Positions 49,041 through 60,670 of a stretch of DNA of 64,000 bases are shown here, one piece after another. This DNA is from Callorhinchus milii (taxonomy: Eukaryota). How positions within the stretch are numbered: position 1 is the stretch's first letter; each line of letters begins with the position of its first letter. The translations under genes were made by a program, and so were the position numbers. Under the pieces are notes generated by a model, which made no database searches, had not been told where the DNA came from, and was given only the letters and a program-made list of their open reading frames with translations. The stretch covers positions 82,896,001-82,960,000 of the forward strand of contig NW_024704742.1 of assembly GCF_018977255.1 (NCBI RefSeq), read 5' to 3'.

Positions 49041-52009
49041 AAAAGTATAAAAGAATGTGTTAATGAATAAAAGCATATACAGTATTACTCTGCTTAGCTC
49101 CTCTGCATCCAGCATCGAGATGTTCGCATATTGGCTTTGGATGAGATGTAAGCATGGCGAAAGTAAACCAGCAGGTCATGGCTCTGTGTACATTGCAGTA
49201 TTTGCTGCATAAACTGCATAATTCTCTCATCAGCATTAATACCTAATGTTCATGTAGTCTGAACACAAATAGCTTTCACCTCTTGTGCCTGGATTTTGTT
49301 CAGCCTAAGTTTATGGCATGAAGGATTCCTCACTCACACTTTCCCAGTGAAATGCTTTTGAGCTGTCACTGCACCAGGTTCAATAAATGCAAACAAGCTA
49401 ACTGCGCAAAACTAATCATAAATGTGGTACAGTTTGGCAATATCTGAGAGGCCAAATTGAGTGGGCTGGTTAATGTGGGAAAAAGGATAATTCCCAATGT
49501 TGTGGTTGAAATTAAGATGCATAGTTGAAGCCACATTAAGATATGGTTCACGCTGACCCTGGTTGCAAATGAGCATGTGTTGCATTGAATGTGTTCCATT
49601 CCCAGGACTGACATCCCTGACACAAAGAACATTTCATATGCTTGACACCACATAAGCTTGCAGGTTTCCGATTTTAATTGATAAATATCGATATTCACGT
49701 TTTTCCTACTTTTTTCAAATCCGAGGAAAAATAATTCCTATCATTAAACATTGTTTTTTTTTACATGTTTTCAGATCACATTTTGAATAATAAAATAATA
49801 TTAATCTTTGTATTTAGTATAGCGTCATTCACGTATTGAGGACATCTGAAAGTGGAGAATCTACTATAAAGTGCAGTGACTGTTTTTTGTGCGTGAATTT
49901 GACGTAAAAATGACATAAGAGTAATGTGTTTCAAAAAATCAGATCCTCAGTGGTCAATGGGAATAGCCTCTTTATCCCACTGACGAGGAAGATCTCTATA
50001 AATTGCTCTCAGTTATCTACTCTTCCTGATTTCCAGATAAAAATTGTATCCACATTTGTTCGGAGAAACTGAGGTTTGAGAGAGGTCTACTGAATATTTT
50101 TGAAAGATTTCAGTCTGACGATGTTTGTGCCTTATAGTGATATCTCGTATTGCTGCAAGAATGATTACATTAAAATGATTTGGTGTCATTCAGGTACACT
50201 GGGGGATTAGACAGGGTAATGCGTTGTTTTATCAGAATTTATTTAACTGAACAATTGGGAATAATAAATCAAGGTTTAAAGAATTTGTCACTGATTTCAC
50301 AGCCTGGCAGTGAAGAGAAGGGGGTGGGGTCTGTCAGATCACATTTGTATCAAACGTTGAAACGTTGAGTGAATTTGTCTCATTAGACATCCAGACTGAA
50401 TTAATTTCCCTAGCTCCAGTAAGAACTGAATTTATTTTATGTCTCTATCGCTCTGTCTGCGAAGAATAACTTATTACCTTGGTAACTTAAAATTGCTTCA
50501 TCTGATTGTACCCAAACCTTGATATTGCCTGGCCCGTCACCATAGATCAGAATCCAGTTTTAAATGTCCAGGCTCTGAACTAGTCTTGTCTCTCATACAT
50601 GAATCTAGGAAGTAAGGTCCAATCGCAGTAACTAACCACATCTTAAATTGCCTGCTGTGATTTGTCACAAAACACAGTTACTCCACTTTACAATATATCC
50701 TGTGAAGCTATTTGGGGCATCCTCCTGATGTGAAAGGTACTATATCAAATGCAAGGATTATTATTATTATTATTTATATTTCCACTGTTTTCAATTTCCA
50801 CTGGGTTACTGCTAGACAGTGCATTCGTTATTCCCCAAGTTACAGAGTGTGTGTCTGGCGTGCCTGGTGAGGGGACAAAGCTTATTGATTTTGGTTACAA
50901 TTATTATGATATCACAAAAAGCAATCTAAGTGATCACAAAATATTATGCAAGAATGACTTCCGTTGTAGTTTCTCCTCCATTTCTGTCGGGAAATTACTT
51001 CTCCTTTCACTACACACCATGTGCCAGCTCAGACTCTCACCGTGTGGGGAATAGTAGGTATGAGCTTACAATTGATTACTCTTGATTCCGAGATAGATCA
51101 GTATACCAATTGCATTGAACCACAAGGTCACTAATAAACTACATTATGACCAAAATCAATAAGCTTCCTCCCTTCACCAGGAACCTGGAAGATAATGGCC
51201 AGATACATATAGGATGGAACAGGAAAGGAGGATTAAAGCTGATGGCTGACAGTGAGACGCCTGAAGCAGCTCTGTTGCTTCATGTTCTTTCTTCCTGTGT
51301 GAAACATAATCCAGAAATCTTACTATAGCTCACAAGAGATTTATTTTACCACTAAAAGTGATATACCGGTAATTATCTTTAGTATATGTGCACCATCTCT
51401 ATATATGAAGCCCCTGCAGTGCTCGAGAGCAGTCAGAGACATTTTAGTGTTTGTGTAACAAGCAGTAAAATTAAACCTGTTTTGATTCTCAACAAAACTT
51501 CAAATGATTTTCATCATTGGCTTCTTTTCCTTCAGTAAGGTCTAAGATAGTTCACAAGCCTATGATTGTCATGTTCCTCGCTAATAGCTGGAAATAACAA
51601 TCATGCATTTGATGTAGCATTGTATCACATTATCAAGACGTCTCAAAACGCTTGACAGAATTTATTGTAAAGTGTCGTGACAGTATATTTATAGGCAAAT
51701 ACATAATAATCACTACACTTTAGATGTACAGCATTGCATCGCTCTGTTTCTACACGAGTTTGTTCCACTGCAGTTGTAGCTCGATTTGGCAGTCCATTTA
51801 TGGAATGTTTTCCTGTCACTTCCAGTTGAATCGACATTTAAATTCTATAAAGCGCTTTCAGCCATGATAAGGAGTTATACCAAATGCAAAGATGTAGCTC
51901 AAAACAAACGTTCGCGAGCAATGGTGAACAGCGCTAATCTGATCCTAGTATCTAACATGACTATTCTTTTACCCTGTGACACACACAGCTATTCTTTTCC
52001 CCTGTGGTC

Positions 52010-52238
52010 CATCTGCCACTCTGCCCCCACCCTGTGGAACTCCGTGCTGCAGTCCTTCCGCCTCGCCTCCTCCCTTGCCTCCCTCAAAAGCTGTCTGAAG
52101 ACCATCCTTCCCCCTCCCGCCGCCCCGCTCTCCACCCTCCCCGACCCCCAAATCGGGTCCGAAACACTGATTGTCCAGCGCCTTGGAATGTCCTTCCGAC
52201 GTGAAAGACGCTATACAAATGTAATTGTGTTGTTGTTG
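52010..52238 (+). mobile_element. L2 LINE 3' fragment
   Basis: APTLWNS...LKSCLKTIL, stem-loop and (TTG)n tail. Confidence 0.88.
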
Positions 52239-52586
52239 CTTCATAAGGTCAAGCACTCTATATACAAGATCTCTGTTTGTTTTGACTCTGTTTTGCTACA
52301 ATTGTATTTATGGAATGTTTTCCTGTCACTTCCAGTCTTAGTGCAACATTTATGTTTAATTTTGTTTAACAATGGTATGATTTCTGCAGTGAAATATTAA
52401 GGAGAATATTATATGTTAAGGGACTGATATTGTGTGTGGTCGTTCGTGATGACGAGGGACAGTAAGGTTTGTGTCTGTCTTTCTGGGAGGTGCTGTGAGA
52501 TATTGAGATATTGCATTTGGCTTCTGTCGTTCCTGATATTATTTTCAGCTCTGCACTCAGCCTCACTTGTTCATCCCCTGGTGTGC

Positions 52587-52866
52587 TACAACAACAACAA
52601 AATTACATTTGTATAGCGCCTTTCGCGTCGGAATGACGTCCCAAGGCACTGGACAGACAGAGTTACGGACGCGAGCTGGGGGTCGGGGTGGGAGAAGGTG
52701 GAGGGCTGGGGGCGAAGCAGGGAGATCGAAAGCACGGTCGAAGAGGAGGGTCTTGAGATGGGTCTTGAAGATGGCAAGGGAGGGGGCGATCGGAGGGACT
52801 GCGGGATGGAGTTCCAAAGGGCGGAAGGCCCGCCTGCCAATTGTGGGGCGAGCAAAATGGGGATGT
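52587..52866 (-). mobile_element. L2 LINE 3' fragment
   Basis: (CAA)n tail, stem-loop, IFKTHLKTLLFDRAF. Confidence 0.9.
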
Positions 52867-53791
52867 GAAGCAGGTACGTGCTAGCCCTCCTTCACTCATT
52901 CTGAACCCTTTGCTCCTCTCCATTCCAAAGTCCCCACATTGTACAAGTGCTCGAATTTGCAATGCACTTCCAGATTATTTGAGCAGATGTCAGTTCTGAT
53001 CACCAGCCTTCTCTGTGCTTTTCCCCTCTAACAGTACAGGGTTATTCTTTCCCTTGTTTCAAACGGTCAGCATTGTCCTTCTCTGTTTCTACACAAGTCC
53101 TCTTTGTTTGTTCCACTACAGTTGCCTCGAAACGGCATCCCATTTACGGAATGTTTTCCTGTCACTTCCAGTTGAATGTCACATTTAATTATGTAGCTTC
53201 TTAGCTCTTATCAATTAGTTCACCTACAAAATGCACAACCAATACCGTGAGCAGCAAATCCCGTGAAGCTCTATGAGACATCTTCCCAATGTGAAAGGCA
53301 CTGTACGAAATGAAAGGATTATCATTATTAGTTACTGTTATTAGATATTTTGTTAGCATCAAACTCTGGGGGCTCTAATATGGGGACATCCCACTTGTTG
53401 GATGCTATTGAATAAGAAGTGAGAATAGTGGCAGTTTCGTTGGGCAAACACTTTGGTACATATCCAATATCCAGCTTATCCACTTGCAAGAAGAGTTAGT
53501 TGAGAGAAAATTATTCAGAAGTTCAGCTGGAAATTAGATCAAATCCTGTAGATGTGCTGTTTGTAGATGTGCTGTTTTAGCCACATCAATCAGTTATAGT
53601 TCTGTGTAGCCTATAAATACAGTACTTGACTGCCCCAAAGATTACATTTTGAGACTGGGCTTGATTTTTCAGTAGTTTACATTTTACTTTCCTCTAGGAG
53701 CTCTTTCCCATACCTTTAGTATAGTGCTCTTTATCTACCCACAAGAAACCTTGCCAAAGAAACCTCCAACTCTGAGTCAAAAGGTCATGGG

Positions 53792-54033
53792 CAAGTTTCC
53801 TTACTCCACACAGAGCCTATTAATAATCCCTCCAAAATCAAAAACAATAATAAATTGGTCATTTTCAATCTACGACTGTTTGTGGGACATTGCTGTGCAC
53901 AATTGGCTGCCGCGTTCGCCCACAAATATACAGTCAATTCACTTTACAGTGTGTTCTGTGAAGCGCTTTGGGACATCCTCCCGACGTGAAAAGCGCTATA
54001 TCAAATGCAAGGATTATTATTATTATTATTATT
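53792..54033 (+). mobile_element. Young SINE (short subfamily), 5'-truncated, inserted into an older Deu SINE (about 53765-54190); TSD ATGGG
   Basis: Nearly identical to 21923-22150. ATGGG at 53787-53791 and 54034-54038. The flanks rejoin as ctctgagtcaaaaggtc-ATGGG-tccaagtccc. Confidence 0.93.
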
Positions 54034-54229
54034 ATGGGTCCAAGTCCCACATCAGGGCTTTGAGCTCATAGTCCAGACTAATATGACTGGGAGCACTGCA
54101 GTGTCAGAGGTGCTGTTCTTCAATGAGATGTTAAACCAAAGATCATTTGCCTATTCAGGTGATCCCTAAAGATCCCAAGGCATTACTCGAAAAGAAAAGA
54201 TATTCTTGGGCAACAATCCCCCAGATAGT

Positions 54230-54480
54230 AAAAAAAAAGCAGCAGCCAATTTGTGCACAACAATGTCCCTCAAACGGCTGTGTAGTGAATGAGTAATTTT
54301 TATTGGGGGTTGGTTGACCAGGACAATGGGAGAAATTTCCTTTTTTTTCAATAGCCATGAGAATCTTTAATATCCACATGAACAGGAGGACAGGACCTCG
54401 GTTTAATGTCCCATTTGAAGGACAGCATCTCCGACAATGCAGCCCATCCTCAACACTGCGCTGGAGTGTCAGCCTAAATT
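54230..54480 (-). mobile_element. Deu-domain SINE fragment, inverted relative to the adjacent copy
   Basis: Reverse Deu core. Confidence 0.8.
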
Positions 54481-55065
54481 GTATGGGTTCCCAATAGCTG
54501 TAGTCACCAAAGCCTCAGGTGCTGGCCAGATGAGCTACTGATTTTGCTGTAGGGTTTGACTGGCCTTGATAAAAACTCTTGTGGCTCTGCTCCAGCTCAT
54601 TCCATTCACAGCCAACCTCTCCAGCAGTAATATGACTACTCTGGCCATGTGAGAGTCCCAGTGCAATTAACTGAATAGTTTTGGTTCCATTTAAGCATAT
54701 TACAGTATGACGTAAATTCACAGTTACGAGCTGAGTTATCGTTAACTTAAACACATGCAAAGTATTGAAAAATCACTAATACCCCATGGACTCACAGGCC
54801 ACTCGAGTCTTAATTATTTTTTCATCCGGGGTGCCTGTTAACATCCATACTTAATTGAGTTAAAGCTGGTATTCTGTGGGGTGCAAATTCAATGGCTGGT
54901 TTCTGAGCCAAGGATTCTCTTGTGGCCATTTACCCTCTGGGACATTGCCAGTAATGGAATGTCCAACAATATGATAAATATCACTGCTGCTGACAATGAT
55001 ATTGATTGTCACAATTTTTCATTCCATGTATGAAATGAATGCATCTGAGTGCCTGTGCGCATATT

Positions 55066-55190
55066 TGTGTGAGTGTGTGTGCTGGGTGGGGGTCTGTGTT
55101 TGTGTGTGCTGTGTAAATGTTTAACTGTGTGTTTGTTTGAGTGTCTTTGTGTGCTGGGTGTGCGTCTGTGTGTGTATGCGTGTGTGTGTG
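55066..55190 (+). repeat. Degenerate (TG)n tract
   Basis: Directly seen. Confidence 0.85.
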
Positions 55191-56449
55191 AGACCAGACA
55201 AGAATACAATATCGCATTTGACATGGTTGTAAACATCTTAAATTCCCCTTTCTTGTACTGCTACGTTCTCCAATACCTGGGCTACACAATATTTCACTTG
55301 GGTGTTGCTCCTTGTGTTTTGATGGATTAAATGAAATATGGCACAAATTCACCTCCTTTCAAAAACCTTTGTGATGGGGTTGTGAGTGTTCAGAGAAGAA
55401 CAGGTAATCCTGCCCTTCCTCATACGTGACTCTAATGCATAAAGGCAATACTTTGCATAGCGTGGGATGTATAGACCAGAAAGTCATAGCTTGAAGTCCT
55501 GACCTGCGCTGGAGTCAGCAGATGTCAGCTGGATATTGAATATGTACCAAAATGTATGCCCAACGGAACTGTCACTATTCTCACTTCTTATTCAATAGCA
55601 TCCAATAAGTGGGATGTCCCAGTATTAGAGCCTCCAGAGTTGAGGTGCTAAAATTGGCCTTAAGTCCTCAGAGTCAGAAGCCGAAAGGTTGGCTTTCAGA
55701 GATCCCACTCCCGATCTCCCCTTGTTTGGAGGTGCACATGTGGGTGTTGGTGAGGGTAGGTCTGGTCTCGGTTATGATCCCCTCTAGAGGACGAACGTCC
55801 AAGTTGGCACAGCCTAACCAGTGTTGGTACAGCAGACCCGGTAAATAACAGCCAACGGCCAGCGTGGAATGGGAGGGAAAAAAAACACTGCAAAGAAAGA
55901 ATTGGCAAGAAAAGAATATTTCTTTTCAGGGAAAAAAATGACCTTGACAGACCGTGCTTGTCTGCAGAGTGATCTGGTGGTAACTCTGCGTGGTACAGCC
56001 TGTTTAGAATATTAATTTCCCCTGATGTAAACATACAGCAACTGCAGACCCTAAAAAAAAGCGAGGCTCTTTTCATTCCTCGGTAACAGTGAAGGCTGGT
56101 CAGTCAGGCCCGTAGATATGAGTGCGTGAGCTGAAACTTTCAGCGAGGGACTGTGATAATGAAGAAAACGCAAGGCCAGAGCAGCCTGGGGATTATCTCT
56201 GCTTTCAACCAGACATGCTTTCCGCTGAATGTCACTCATCATTTACAGTCCTTTAATGAAAGAAATAAATCACTTTGAATTTATCTCTTACTATTCATCA
56301 GAGCATGGAGAGAAAAAAGGGAGATGCGACCATCCCATTCCTTGGTTACATTTTGTGACTGAAATTATAGGGTTTTTGGAACACGCTACACTGAAACTTA
56401 ATGAGACCCTCACTCTTGCTTCAGGCTGAAGTGATCAACTGCTCACTTA

Positions 56450-56700
56450 TAGAACCATAGAATATTACAGCGCAGAAGGAGGCCATCCGCCCATTGTGCC
56501 TATCCCGTCTCTTTGAAAGAGCCACAAAGTAATCCCACTCCCCCGCTACCCCATAGACCTGCAATTTTTTCCTTTGCAAGTACCTATCCAATGCCCTTTT
56601 GAAATTGATTATCGAATCTACTTCCGATACCCTTTCAGGCAGTGCATTCTAGACCTCAACAACTCTCTGGGTAAACAAATTCTCCCCGTCTCCCCTCTGG
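56450..56700 (-). mobile_element. Relatively young CR1 3' fragment
   Basis: atagaaccatagaatattacagcgcagaaggaggccatcc; reverse translation NLFTQRVVEV. Confidence 0.88.
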
Positions 56701-56928
56701 TTCTTTTTATTTAGCAAATGAAAGTAATGTAACTTTTTGACGGTGAGGTGTGTTTTGTTAGGTTTATTAATTTTAAAATTAGATCTATCCTTTCCATTTT
56801 CCCTCAGTGCCGTTTTAATCATACCCTCTCTGACTGACTGTGTCTTATAAGGTCTCATTATAAATTCCCCCACCCCGGCAGGCACTGTAAGGGAGTTACT
56901 ACAGCCTCTGTGATAAGTAAACCAGGAA

Positions 56929-57272
56929 CAAGCGAGAGGACCAAGGTTCAATTCCCGGGCACAGCGAAACAAGTTTGCTTACTCTACATACCTTTGTTTA
57001 CCAAGCAGCAAGTAGGAACACAGTTGTTAGTCAATTGGCGGATTGCTTTCCAGGGATACTAATCCCTCCAAAAAATAATAATAATAATTTGGTCACTCAA
57101 TTTATGACTGTTTGTGGGACACTGCTGTGCGCAATTGGCTGTCACTTTTCGCCCACAAAATATACAGTTAATTCACTTTACAGCATATTCTATGAAGCGC
57201 TTTGAGACGTCTCGAAGACATGCTTTGAGATGTCTCGTTGGCGCTATATCAAAGTCAATGATTATTATTATT
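56929..57272 (+). mobile_element. tRNA-derived SINE, long subfamily, slightly 5'-truncated
   Basis: caagcgagaggaccaaggttcaattcccggg head remnant; internal 16-bp duplication in the stem-loop. Confidence 0.9.
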
Positions 57273-59789
57273 AAGCCCCTACTGACCTCACCCAATGTTG
57301 TTGTATGCACAGTTTCCAGAAAGGGGCGTTGGAACCCTGGTTCCCTAACCTCAGACCCGAACGCCACATTTTAGCATCTCCAATGCCCCTCCACTGCCAG
57401 CCTGATTGAGGTTAGATGGAATTAAAACAATGAAAACAAAATGAAAATTCATAATAAAAACAGTTGAAGTCAGAAGAAAATCGGGCAGAAATTTCCAGAT
57501 TCCGTTCCAAACAAGAGTTAAAACTCTCATAGCAAAATAAAACCTGCGTTCGCTGTGAAATGCTACATTTACCCACACATTCTGGTGTCAGCAGTAACCA
57601 CAGTGTATCTTATCAGATAATTAGCTTTTTCAGAAATAATTGGGTACGGCTGGTGAGAAGAGGTAGCTCCATAAATGGACTGAGATGAATACACTGACAG
57701 TGCTATTACAGTTTTTAAGCCATCTTCGGATCCATTGAAGGCATCTTATTTTCTTACACCCTGTTTAATATTCCAAAAGGCTGACATGTGGCATTCTAAT
57801 TTTCCTGATTCGAATGCCCGGCTAGGACTCCAAATGGCTTGCGTACACCACCATGCACATAGATTCAGGCATTTGGTGAGACTCACCTCAGGTTCTTTCA
57901 GAGACCTGAATGATCAGGGAGTTTCTGTACCAAATAATAGTCCTTGCATAAGATATTGTGCCTTTCACGTCGGGAGGATGTCCCAAAGCTATTCATAGGA
58001 TAGACTGTAAAATGGACTGATTGTGTTTTTTGTGGTTAACTCAGCAACCAATTTGCGCACAACAATGTCCCACAAACAGCCATGGAGTGAATGATCAATT
58101 TTATTTGGGGGATTGTTGGCCAGGGCAACGGAAGAAACTCCCTTCATTTTTCGAATAATGCCAGGGAATCTTTACAGTGCATCTGGGCAGGCAGACCAGC
58201 TCACCACCCTCCCTTATCCCTAACCCCCTTCAAGACCCATTCTTTCCTATTCGTGTCTACGTCTCTCTTGAAAGCTACAGTGCACTCTGTCTCCACAATC
58301 CTACTCAGCAGGGCTTCCGTGGAATTTTGTTGTAACCAGAATCTTGTCAAGTCACGCTGAGTGATGTTTCGATCTTTGCAGATCAGTTCATCAACTTACT
58401 GTGTGCTCTCTCCATCATGTGGAAAAGTGGAGAAACTGAACCTCAAGATAGGTTTAGTAGAGGTCGGCCAGCCATCCGTTGTAAGACCTATCTTTAACTT
58501 CTGTTTCTCCACTTTTCACAAGTTAAATTCTTTACCCAGTTAGTGTCTTACAGTACTCGCATCAACACACAAGTGTCCATATACTTTCATCATGCAATGG
58601 TGAATCCTAATCGTCAAAATCTGCTCAGCTGTGAGAAATTGAATTACTCTCTTTGCTTAACATGTGTTTCAATGCTGGTGCCATTTTGAACTGCTGCACT
58701 GTGCCTCCATCTAGTTAGAAGTAAAAAAAAACTTTCACAGCGGGGTGGAATATATAAAAGTATCTTGAATATGTTTTTCATTACTGCACAACTTAAACTT
58801 TCCATTCTTTACAAACTAAATAGGAGGCATTACTTTTGGGGTGTCTCTCGTAAATTCAACATGTTGTTTACTATGAAGAGATTGAAACACCAACCAATAA
58901 TGAATGCTTGTACTGTACTTCCAAAGATCCCAATGGAACAGACACAAATTGGAGGGAGAGAAATGGATACTCATTGTACATTTTGACTGTGAAGTGAGAG
59001 ACTTGCCCACAGATCTGGACCCAAGAATCGTGAAACCTTCAGAAAGGTCAAGCATGAATCTGAAGCAGCATCCTGGGTCAGCAATCCCAGTTTCTTTCCT
59101 AATCCCAAAATGCAGATGAATCCAAAAGAATTTAACAGGGAAGAAGAGTTGGTAACAGAGAGGTGGTGAGTGAAGGATTAATGAGTTTTTACTGGAATTA
59201 CTTTTCAAATCAACATCAGAATGAGAAATCTTTTCACAAACATTTCCTGAAAGAAGGACTTAAATACCATTTACAGCTGTAGCATCTTAATCCAACAAGC
59301 GGAAATGCCTTAGAAAAGGTCACAGAAAATAAATGCATTCTCATTTATGTCTAGCTGGAGGAAATAAAATGCCGACTTGCACACATGATATATAACACAG
59401 TCTTAGCTATCAAACTGTCAAGTCCTGTGTTTGCTGGTTTTAGGATTATATATTATCAGTATTAAAACCCAAATAGGATTCTCATGCATCACCTACCCCT
59501 TGCCGTAACGCACATTTAATCAGAAAAGATAACTGTAGACATCTTTGTTGTTTTCAAGTTTGAAGATCCAATGTAGTCTTTTAGTCACTTACAGTGTCAC
59601 AGAGAATAGTCTTTGTACTCTTTTTGAGCATTCCCACAGAAATGATTTTGGAAAATCCTAAAACAAACTGCATCGTAAATATGACAGCTTAATTGAAACA
59701 AATGAGAAAAATGCTTTCATGTCTTTTTCAATCTCAACATCTTGAGCTATTTCATGAACAATTGTAGTATTCTAATATTGGTAACAAAA

Positions 59790-60175
59790 TAATAATCCTT
59801 AAATTGATATAGCGCCTTATCCCATTGTTTAGATGTCCCAAAGTACTTCTCAGGATTTACCTTAAAGTGTAGTGTATGTTTATCTTGCAAGCAAACACAG
59901 TAGACAATTTCCAATGGCCCACAAGCAGTCGTGAAGTGCATTGTTGGCCAGGGCACTGGGAGAAACTCCTTTCTCTTTCAAATGATGCATTGGGATATTT
60001 AACATACACCTGAACAGGGTAAACTATACCTCGGTTTTACGTCTCATTCAAAGGGACCTCCAACCAAACACCCCAGCACTGATTGGAGTGTCAGTCCAGA
60101 CTGAGCTCAAAGTCCCAATGTGGGGTTTGAACCCACAACCGTCTTACTCAGTGTAACCAACTGAGCCAGACTGAT
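59790..60175 (-). mobile_element. Deu-domain SINE
   Basis: Reverse tail, core and head (ttgaacccacaacc...aactgagcca). Confidence 0.8.
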
Positions 60176-60419
60176 ACTTTGGAGGTGGTTTGCAACTTTT
60201 GCTTGGGATGCTTGAATTATTGCCGCATTACTCTGTCACAGGAAGCATGGGACTAAGGACTTAATCCTTTTTTCTGTCGTTTTGTTATTGTGTTTCTCCT
60301 CTTTCACCTTCTGTCCTGAAGCCATTGTCTCATTGCTGCAGTACTAGTCACTACTGGCGCTGCTCACCCAAGTTGAGCAGCCTTGCCCAAATGGAAAGAT
60401 AGCAGTTAGCATATGGAAC

Positions 60420-60670
60420 AGGGAGTTTTCAAGGAACTTCTTTCTACAGAGTGTGACAAGAATGGAACTCACTGCTGGAAGCTGTGGCTGAAGCAGCAAC
60501 CATCAATGTATTTAAGAGAAAACTTGATGCATACATGAGTGACAAAGGAATAGTAGGGTATAGGAGAGGAGAACAACAACAAAAAAAATGACACTTATAC
60601 AGCGCCTTTCACGTCGGGAGGACATCCCAAGGCGCTGAGAATAGGAAGGGTTGAGGCTCATGTGGAGCAT
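60420..60670 (+). mobile_element. CR1 3' fragment carrying a 63-bp minus-strand stem-loop insert (60574-60636)
   Basis: Matches 48790-48970 once the insert is removed; TSD GAGAA. Confidence 0.85.

Noticed and set aside
51146..51328. ORF with LPPFTR...IGWNRKG resembling PTPRD Ig1 (PPRFTR...IVWNKKG)
   Set aside because: Lacks GGVASFICQATG including the Ig cysteine, spacing is far too short, phase is wrong and there is no polypyrimidine tract; treated as coincidence.
51786..54071. ORFs ending in RRERRYTN / RREKRY / YQMQGLLL (here and throughout the window)
   Set aside because: These are translations of SINE and L2 tails, not a gene family.
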